The notes under the pieces were generated by a model that saw nothing but the letters and a program-made list of their open reading frames with translations, did not search any database and was not told the DNA's origin. A program made the translations under genes and the position numbers. From NCBI GenBank assembly GCA_013265495.1, contig MU058065.1:10271720-10335719 (forward strand): a stretch of DNA of 64,000 bases, written 5' to 3'. Source of the stretch: Vicugna vicugna. Taxonomy: Eukaryota. Within the stretch, counting starts at the first letter, position 1; each line of letters opens with the position of its first letter. Below are positions 54,800-64,000 of this stretch, piece by piece.

Positions 54800-55328
54800 A
54801 AGAGATATGATGTACAAATATAGGACTTTGCATGAAGGAAAAATTAATTTTTATTGGGGAAAAATTCTCTTGTCATATGTCTTGTGACAAACTTTTGCTC
54901 TATTCTGTCTTTTCAAAGATTTTTTTTTTTTTTTGTGGCAAACAGCCTTGCAAACTGAAGGTGGTATCTCCCCCCGGGCAAGAGGACAGATCTATTTATT
55001 GACAAGCAAGATAAAAATAATATCTGCCTCTGCAAGGAGGGTTAGCTGGTTGGTGGGTCTTCTTTAAAAGATGAGGGGTTTCCTAAACTTGGAATTCCTC
55101 AGCTTTGACATGAATCCAGTGTGTGCACTGCATCCATCCATGCCCCCATGGGGCTTGTGGAGCAAGGAGAACCCATGTGAACCTGAGGTTCCTCATGCTT
55201 GCTGTGCCATGAGTACTAGTTTCCTTTGTCTGTAACACAGAAATCCTCGTCCATCTGTGTCACTGTGGCATCCTAATTGGTTAATTTGAAAATAGGGTAA
55301 ACTCTCAAACTCTTTACAGTTGTTAACA
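54800..55328 (+). mobile_element. Old LTR (family uncertain)
   Basis: gaggggtttcctaaacttggaattcctcagctttgac...catgcttgctgtgccatgagta...tagggtaaactctcaaactctttacagttgttaaca; left boundary uncertain. Confidence 0.6.
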
Positions 55329-55370
55329 GTGTTTATGGGTTAAGCTATGGATATTTCAGGTTTTGCTTAT

Positions 55371-55496
55371 TTTTTTTAAGAGGGGGAGGTAATTAGGCTT
55401 ATTTATTTATTTATATTTGGAGGAGGTACTTGGGATTGAACCTAGGACGTCATGCATACTAAGCATGTGCTCTACCACCTGAGCTATACCCTCCCC
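55371..55496 (-). mobile_element. tRNA-derived SINE, Vic-1 type (camelid)
   Basis: Minus strand: A box tagctcaggtgg (55475-55486), B box ggttcaatccc (55432-55442), (taaa)n stretch, cctaattacctcccc, A tail; tttgcttattt repeated on both flanks as TSD core. Confidence 0.88.
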
Positions 55497-55529
55497 TCAA
55501 GACTTTGCTTATTTCTGCAACATAAACTA

Positions 55530-56090
55530 GCCTGTCTTGATAAACACGAACAGGGATCTTAAGTTCAATGTGTCCCAAACTGAATTCATTTTTGTTTCCC
55601 TAAACCGTCCTCTCTTCAAGTGTTCCTTAATTCAGTAAATTTTATTATGAATTACCAAAAGCAGAAACTTGAGTGACCATCCTTCACTTCCCATCAATTA
55701 CTGTCTTACTCCTGCCATTGTACCCCCAAACCAGACCATTTTCATTCTTAACTTTTAGCATTATTCTCCTCTCATCTATTCTTGAACCATTGAAATCTTT
55801 CAAAAAGGAGATCTAATTATATTAATTCTTAATTTAAAACCTTTCAGTGACATCCTAGTGATCTTAGGTAAAATTCAAATAGCTCAACTTGGCTTCTAAT
55901 AATTGCTGTTTGTACACGTGATCTTTATGTCCAGCCCCACAACTCAATGCTTTTCTTTCATGAACTCAATGTTCCAGTTTCAGTAAACTTCTTTGAATGA
56001 CTCCTGTATGTTTTGTTTTATTCTAAATCACCTGGCCACACTGTTCCCTTGCTCTAGAACATTTTCTTTTATTGTTTTTCATCCGCCTAA
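55530..56090 (+). mobile_element. L2 fragment
   Basis: tcttaagttcaatgtgtcccaaactgaattc...ttaaaacctttcagtg...ctgttcccttgctctagaac. Confidence 0.6.
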
Positions 56091-56489
56091 AGTGGGTGCA
56101 GACAACACAAAGCATTGAAGAATCCTCCCTCCTCTCCAAGAAATATGAATATATAATGTCAATATGACAAAGTTAACAGTGATGTTTCTAGAATTAATAC
56201 ATTTAGAAATTTGCTTCACAAATTTGTGGAATTAATTTCCTCAAAACAAGCATCCACTTACGTAGAAACTAGAAAAAGATAAACCACACTTTACCAAGCT
56301 GGTGAGATAAGCATTTGTGTGCATGTATGAATGTGTATTTTATCAATTCCTAGAAGGTAGGGTACAATTAACTTTGAAGGATAAATAAAATTATGATTTA
56401 TTACTATGTCTTCTTCATAGGCAGTGCTAAATTAAAATATAAGTAATTCTTGTTGGTTATATTAAATACAAGGCATTATTACTAAAATT

Positions 56490-56700
56490 AATGACAGCTA
56501 TACTTTGACATTAATTTTAAATCAGATGCCAGACCAAGTTGTTTACATATGTTATCTCATTTAATTCCTATAATATTCACATGGGTGGATACCCTTATTA
56601 ACTCATTTTACAGATGATGTAACTGAAGTTTTGAGAGGCTGGCTTGCCTAGTGTCTTTGAACCAGAGAGACATAAGCAGAGTATAAGCTCTAGTCTTCAA
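56490..56700 (-). mobile_element. MIR
   Basis: tatctcatttaattcctataa...cattttacagatgatgtaactgaag. Confidence 0.65.
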
Positions 56701-57574
56701 ATTCTTCAGTAAGCCTTTTACTTGACAGGTTCAACTGCATGCTATTAGCAGAGTGAAAATGGAAGTATACAGTGCCCTCTCGGAAACAGTGACAAGTGTG
56801 ATAAGTGAAAATAGGCTGCTCGTTTATCTGGAATTACAGTCCCTATTATATTGAACATCTGTCTTCCATAAAAGTAAAATTATTGATAAATGAATTTGGA
56901 TATCTAATGAAAAGAAAAATCCTACCATGGTAAATTATTTCACCAATATTACTAAGCAAGAAAACTGAAGTAGGATATGGATGGTGTTTCAACTAAATTT
57001 CTTCAGTTCCAAGTCCTGGGTTCCTCAGTGTGGGGGGCTGTTTCATCACCATGTTGCACATTGTCCTGTGCTGAATTTTGCCCCATCTATCCTGAAGACT
57101 CTTTAAGACTAACATTTTAGATGATAATACCTGTCTTAAAACATGTGTTCACTTTGGAGCCAACACCAAATTATGCAAAGAATTACTTTGAATAGGAATC
57201 TAGTTATTTAGAGAATATTCACCCATTAAGAATCAGACTTTGTGATGTTATTGAAGTTATTAATTCTGGAAGATGAAGATACTATCTGGTTCCTAAGAAT
57301 ATTGCAACTAAACAATTAGAATCAATTGTTACCTTTGTGAAACTCATAAAGAGGTTTTTTCCTCCAAAGCTACTATGACTTGGAAAATTCTGTTTCAAAC
57401 ATTTTCAAAAAGACAGTTAATTCAAATTAAGTTATGTATGCAGCTTGCTGAAACATGAAATAACCAAAATAATAATACATATGATTAAATTTATATGACA
57501 GATATTACAAAAATTTCAATTTGCAGATTCACATTTATTTAAAAAGGTATATGCCCAGTGATTACTGCAAGAGA

Positions 57575-57990
57575 CAATAAAGAACAGAGATTTGGAGTCA
57601 AAGCTCTAAAATTAGACCAGCTAGTCCACTTAAGCAATGTCACTTCCTTGCTATGTGATATGACAAATTAATCTCCTTATGCTTTTGCTTTCTCATCTAT
57701 AAAGTGTGGCAGATCATAATATCTATTCCATAGCACCTTTTTGTGTGAATCAATGAGCTAGTTCATGTAGAGAGTTAAAAAATGCGTGAAATATAATTTA
57801 ATGAATATTAGCTTAAATATAAGCTATTTTTATGTACCAGACACTGTGCTAAAGATATGTATGCATTATCTCACTCACCTTACATAGTATACTTACACTG
57901 TTATGCGAGATATACTATTATTCTCATTGCAGAGTATGAGGAAACCAAAGTCTACTGAGGTTAGGCTGACTAGTTCATGGACATGTTACT
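57575..57990. mobile_element. Two tail-to-tail MIR fragments
   Basis: Plus: gctttctcatctataaagtg...ataatatct; minus: tatgtaccagacactgtgctaa...tattctcatt...gaggaaac. Confidence 0.6.
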
Positions 57991-59659
57991 TTTACTATCC
58001 ATTATATTCAGACCTTTATGAAGTAAGATTTAAACAAAACAAAACAAAATTGCCCTGAAGCTTCTTATATGGCTCAGCATTGATTCTTGGTTCTTGATGT
58101 CGTTGTAGATCATACAAATAATATGATTATAAATATGCTTAATAATAAGATACCATTATCATTAATATGCTGTGATATGAAAATACTTTTAACTAAAGTT
58201 AAATTCTTACAATATTGTTCTCTAATTACCAAGTCTAATTCCCATTTCTCTTTCCACTTTCGTGATAATTTCATGTTTAATGTTAGTTTTCCAATTCATA
58301 AAATTTTAGCATGACATTAGTGTTATGTACTTGACTCAGTATAGTTATATCTGGGTTGTATCATTATTTTTTTTTGTTGTGCCTACTGACTTAATAGCTT
58401 TTCTTTCTAACTATATCATTCCATGAGTGTGAGGAAACAGGTGTTATCACTCATTGTTGGCGAGGACATAGAATGGTCTAATATTTCTGGGGAATAACTT
58501 GGAAATTCTGTCAAAAATCTTTTGAGTTTATATGCCCTTTAGCTGTAGGTCCATTTACAGTAATCATAAGATTATTTAGTGGTTCATTGTATATACTGGT
58601 GGAAAAAAAGATCTTATTTTTTTCTGTAAAGGAAAATCAAATAGATTAAGATACAATATATGAATAATCTGGAATCACTAAAAATAAATAAAAGTATGTA
58701 TAATAACACCTGAAAATGAGTGCATGTATATGTGTATACTCATATATATATATTCCTTTTCCATGAATTTGTAAGAGTAATAGTAATCTGTTAAAAAAGA
58801 CATAATTTCAAATCTATTAAAAATGTTTCTGCATTTATACCTTTAGCTTTATGGGCATGGAACTGTAAAGGGTCATTTCTGAACAATCTACCCCTGTCCC
58901 AATTATTCTTTCAGTATGTAAAGACATGCATTCCAAAGTTGATCCTGAGTACTTCCAATTAGTCTAGTGGGTTCCCTGGAAATAGTATCAAGGTGACTCA
59001 CTAGGAATAAATAATAAGCCATTTCTGCCTCACTGCAATAGGATTGCACTGAATCTGAAATAGCCTTTTATTATATTCTTTTCTAGCTTCCCTTGGTACT
59101 AGGTACAGTGTCAGGTAGGAGGAATTCCAAGATGCCTCATGCCATTGTCAAACTTTCTCTTGCCTATTTTTTCTGTAATGTAAGACTATGTTCATATATA
59201 TATGTATATGAAACAGTTCATCTTTTATACACATTCACACAAATAGTGACTTTTTGAATCACTATTTATGGCTGTGTTCCTTCTCTGTTGAATTTCTTCT
59301 TCCTGGATTTAATCCATGGAAGTACAAGCATGATATACTCATAAATACTATGAAAGTCAATAAATACATTTTCACAAATAAAATCCTCTATTTTATTAAG
59401 GAGCTCATTCTTCTCTGACATAAATTGCCCACTGTGATAATCTTTTGGTTCACCAAGTAAAGTAAATATAGTGCATTTTTCTCCTCTGATGTATCTGACC
59501 CTTCTAATCCCTTATATTCTTTCTTTTGAAGCATGACCGGAAGGAAGAAAATATTTTTTATTCTAAAGAAATATTTTTGTCTTGTATTTGAAATGCTCTT
59601 ATTGATGAATGTGTCTTATTTATGCGTGTATACAATCTCTGAAATCAAGTATGACTTCT

Positions 59660-59850
59660 AGATCAGTAATCTGAAAACTTTCCCTTAATGGATAAATATT
59701 TTATACTTGTGGGACATAAAATCTCTCTTGCAACTACTCGGTTTTGCCCTTGATTATGTCAGAAGCCATAAACAAGGCCTAAATAAATGGACATGTCTGT
59801 ATTCCAATAAGACTGCCTCCAACCTGAAGATTGTAGTTTGCCAACCTATG
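59660..59850. mobile_element. MER58A-like MITE
   Basis: taaatattttatacttgtggg...tctcttgcaactactc...tattccaataa...tagtttgccaacc. Confidence 0.65.
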
Positions 59851-60309
59851 TTCTAGATTACTGAGAAAATTAATATTTTCTATTTTTGTTTGGTTTTTCA
59901 TAGTTTCTGACTTTTGATAAATATATTCATGTAGTGTCCAGAAATCACATCTCAAAAAAATTTAAGTATTTATCTTAATGTTTAATCAAGAAAATACAAA
60001 TGTATGCTTTCACTTATATTTACATTAAATGCATTTATCAATTTTTGCTATATGTATACACCTACTATAATCGTTAGGTTAAATTACATCAAAGTGTGTA
60101 TACTATTATTTTTGTCCCCTACATCATATTTATATTTAATTTCAGAATTTAGGAACACTTTAAGGAAGCAAAGACTTGAAACGCTCATTTTCTTAATAGT
60201 TTTGTAGGGACCCACATTTGATTTCACTGAAGTATTACCTTCATTTCCCTCCATCCTATAAATTTATTGGTGTGAAGAGCAATCTACTTCTTTGATTTGT
60301 GCTATATAC

Positions 60310-60665
60310 TGTCTTTTTTTGGGTTGCTATCATGAAATACCACAGACTAGGTAGCTTATAAAAAACAGAAATGTATTTCTCACAGCTCTGGAGCCTGGGA
60401 AGTCCAAGATAAAGGCATCAGCATGGTTGCATTTTAATGAAGGCTATCTTCGGATTTATAGCTAATGACTTCTTGTGCTCTCACATGTTGGAAGGGGCTG
60501 GATTTTTCTCTGGAGCCTCCTTTATAAGGCACTCAATCCCATTCATGGGGGTTTCATGTTTATGACTTAACCACCTCCCAAAGGCTCCATTCACCAACAC
60601 TACCACATTGGGCATTAGGATTTCAACACACGAATTTTGGAGGGACATAAACATTCAGATAATAA
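60310..60665 (-). mobile_element. MLT1A-like MaLR LTR
   Basis: gggttgctatcatgaaataccacagactaggtagcttataaa...gaattttggagggacataaacattcaga. Confidence 0.85.
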
Positions 60666-61871
60666 TGTGTACTTTCTTGAAATATGGCAATATGATGAAA
60701 CCACCAATCCCTATATTACGTGCTTTACCTAGTTTGATCAAAGGCAGGAGATAAATTAAGGAAGAAAGAAAAATAGACTATATTGTCATGTAACATTGTA
60801 ATGACATCTTTGACTAAAGTTTCCAAAGCATTAACTTGTTAATAGGTTAAATGAATTTCCTTGACAGAACATTAAAGACAACTGATTGACAGAAATAAAT
60901 AGGCACAAAAATCTTCAGCAAATTAATACTACTGAGGTTGAAAATAATTCAGTATGTTGTTGGTCTTTATGTATGTCCACACATATTTCCAAATGTGATA
61001 ATTTGTTTCTGGGGATGATTATATACGTACATACCCTGCAGTTAGATAACGCCCTTTTTAATATCCCAGAAGCAGATGTAACACCATTTGCTCATGGATG
61101 CATACATATCTAACTCTCCAATAAAAACTGATAAATTCAGAAAAGCATATTTATAACAATCTTTATTGGTTTAATGTATTTTAGTAAAAAAATAAATTTC
61201 AGTTTATTCTCTAATTTGATGTGACTCTCACAACCTTCTAACTGAGGCAGATAAGTACGTTTATCTCCTCTTTATTAAGAGGATATTAGGGTCATGGTGA
61301 TTATTCGCCTGTGCATGTTTACCCAGTATGTAAATTGGTGGTTGGTTTTGGAGACCATGTATTATGATTTCTGGCCAATCCCTGTCTTTAGTAATCTGTT
61401 TTCTTTTTACAGTCATTTATAATCATCAAGTTATGAGTCAAATATAGTATATGTAAGATGTTGCTCAAATTATTTTGCTTTGCCATGCCACAAATTACAT
61501 TTCTTTATTTTAAAATCACTTTTGGTCTATTTTATGTTCTTATGGAATAGTCAGGACAGATACTGTTTACTCATTTTTTATGATAAATTTGAAGGAACAA
61601 ATAGGTTAGGTGAGTTTATTAATCCATTGAAACTAGAGTAGATTCAGATTTCTTCATTGCTAGTCTGCTAATTATTCAATCAAATTATAGCCATTTGCTA
61701 ATGCCAACATCAAAAGTTACAATGACTTCACAAATATTGCAAGTTCAGGTTGATTTTCGGGAATAGAATAAGGAAGAGTCATATAATAATAATAATTATA
61801 ATGATGATAGTAGAGCAGTAAAATAGCTAAAAACTCATGTAGCTCTTAATATATGCCAGGTATTTTTCTAA

Positions 61872-62625
61872 GTATGGCTTTTTTTAAACAATATTAATTC
61901 TTCCAATCCAAGAGCATATCTTCCCATTTCTTTAAATCATCTTCAGTTTCCTTTCTCAGTGTTTTTTAGTTCTTAGTGTTTAAGTCTTTTACCTCTGGCC
62001 AGGTTTATTCCTAAGTATTTTATTTTATTTACTTTTTGATGAGGTTTTTAAAAACATATATTTGTCTTCACTTTTCTGATAATTAATTGATACTCTAAAG
62101 AAATGCAAAAGATTTCTGTATGTTATTCTTGTCACCTACTACTTTGCTGAATTCATTTATCAGCTCTAATAATTTTTGTATGGAGTCTTTAGTAGGGTTT
62201 TTAATGTATAGTATCATGTCATCTGCATAAAGTGATAGCTTTACCTTTTCCCTTCCAATTTGGATACCTTTTATTTGTTTTTCTTGTCTGATTGCTGTGA
62301 CTGGGACTTCCAATACTATGTTGAGTAGAAGTGGTGAGAGTGGGCGTTTTTGTCTTGTTCCAGATTTTAGTGGGAAGGTTTTCAACTTTTCACTGCTGAG
62401 TATTATGTTAGCTGTGGGTTTGTTGTAAATGGCTTTTATTGAGATATGTTCCCTCTGTACCCACTTTGGTAAGAGTTTTTGTCATGTATGGATATTGAAT
62501 TTTATCAAATGCTTTTTCTGCATCTATTGAGATAATCATGTGATTTCTCTCCACTCTTTTGTTAATGTGGTATATCACATTGATTGATTTGCATATGTTG
62601 GACCATTCTTGTGACCCTAGGATGG
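61872..62625 (-). mobile_element. L1 ORF2 fragment (reverse transcriptase domain), disrupted
   Basis: ORF 62095-62385 has FPLKSGTRQ...PLSPLL...[13 protein letters not shown] 62408-62758 has [16 protein letters not shown]. Confidence 0.93.
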
Positions 62626-62626
62626 A

Positions 62627-62672
62627 TCTGAAGACATTTTTTACAGAAATAGAACAAATAATCCTAAACTTA
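62627..62672 (+). mobile_element. Short plus-strand L1 ORF2 piece adjoining the inverted fragment
   Basis: gacattttttacagaaatagaacaaataatcctaaact reads [12 protein letters not shown]1 ORF2 sequence just downstream of the minus fragment's end. Confidence 0.65.
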
Positions 62673-63020
62673 TTCAGGTTGCTACAACAAAAATCCCATA
62701 CATTGAATGACTTATAAATAAATTTATTTCTCATACTTCTTGAGGCTGAGTATTCCAAGATTTGGAGCCATAAGATATGGTGTGTGTAGAGGACACTTCT
62801 CTTGGTTCATAGATGACAGTCTTCTCACTGTAAACTCATTTGATAGTAAGAGGAAGGGATATCTCTGAAACCTTTTTTTATAATGATAATAATCTCACTC
62901 ATAAGGGATTCACCCTCGTGGCCTAATCACCTCCCAAAGGTCCCACCTTCTAATACTATCATCTTGGGGGTTAGGATTTCAACACATATTTGGGAGGACA
63001 CAAATGTTCATGCCAAAGCG
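62672..63020 (-). mobile_element. MLT1A/B-like LTR lacking its terminal bases
   Basis: attcaggttgctacaacaaaaatcccata...cctaatcacctcccaaaggtcccaccttctaatactatcatcttgggggttaggatttcaaca. Confidence 0.85.
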
Positions 63021-63859
63021 ATAATTAAATTTGTAGAATATAGCTAACAGTACTTAGAGGGAAATTTGGAGCTTTAAAAAACTATCAAAAAAAAAAGAGC
63101 TGAAATTTAATTATTTAAGCTTTCAATTCATGAAGTTGGGGGAAAAAGCTAATTAAATATAAACCATATTATTTGTTTAACTCCTGCACAGTATTTCACT
63201 CCACAGATTTCACTAAAAATGTCAAGATAAACCTTCCGTTCTATTACTTGCTTTTGGGTTATGATGTTAGATATGTGGTTATTGTTTAGCTCTGAATCTG
63301 TTATATTGAAAAATGAGTTTGAAAGATAGAGTTTATGAAATGAAGAACATAAAATGGTATATTTATTAACAGATCAAAGAATTGGTATGAAAGCATATAA
63401 TGACTGTAAATAAAATACTGTTTTAAAAGATAATGAATATGAAAAAGTTTGATTTTTTATTAAGTCTACATAACTATAGCTATTATATGATGAGATAATT
63501 AGTATACATTTACAAAATATTATTAATGTTTATTTTTGGGTTATGTGACTACCAGTTTTCTGAATTTTGCCTATGTAGTATTTTCAATATCCTTTTAGTG
63601 ATTATCATGTAATAAGAATTTTAAAATAAACAGTAATATATTTCATTTATTAAGTACAAAATGGTTACCAATTGTTTAACATATATTTTCCTAATCTTTA
63701 AGAATCCTGAACAAAGATGTTATTTATACCTCCTTTGATAGATGAGCAAAAGTTAGAATTTTCTGGCAGTTATTATGAGAGCAGCAGGTGGACCATGGTA
63801 AGGAATATTGCAAGTCCATAATTAAGAAGTTGTGAGAAATGTTACAAAGATATCAACAT

Positions 63860-64000
63860 GAGGGGCTTCAGAATTTTCTTTTTCCCGGAATGCACTAAAC
63901 AGACAGATATACATAGAACAGTTCCGTTTGAGAGAAATTCATAAACTAGCTACGTGATTCCTACACATCGTGTGATTGAGGAAATATCCACATTGAAACG
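63860..64000 (+). mobile_element. Possible old L1M 5' end running off the window
   Basis: atagaacagttccgtttgagagaaattcataaactagctacgtgattcctacacatcg resembles an old L1 5'UTR. Confidence 0.4.

Noticed and set aside
55420..55496. tRNA gene
   Set aside because: SINE tail and TSD are present; it is a tRNA-derived SINE
62095..62758. Reverse transcriptase ORF (YADD) as a novel RT system
   Set aside because: Ordinary disrupted LINE-1 ORF2 fragment

Overview
This is AT-rich, CpG-depleted mammalian genomic DNA (intergenic or deep intronic), very probably from a camelid, judged from a Vic-1-type tRNA-derived SINE at ~55.4 kb. I can support no intact protein-coding gene, RNA gene or CRISPR array. The supplied ORFs are chance ORFs or LINE-1 ORF2 fragments. 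A large part of the window is transposable-element debris: old MIR, L2, MER and MLT copies, older L1MC/MD-type copies, and young L1 and solo LTR insertions. Repeat family names were assigned by eye and most old-repeat boundaries are approximate. Highlights: (1) a young 5'-inverted (twin-primed) L1 with a 16-bp TSD, a possible micro 3' transduction and a nested ERV2-like solo LTR with five AACAAT (SOX-type) sites; (2) an isolated CpG-island-like segment at ~50.0-50.8 kb with a perfect TCTCGCGAGA motif, GC and CCAAT boxes and a Kozak ATG followed by a splice donor; (3) several candidate micro-exons on +; (4) a second inverted L1 that appears tied to a deletion; (5) two L1 copies missing their interiors. 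I found no convincing novel multi-gene system.
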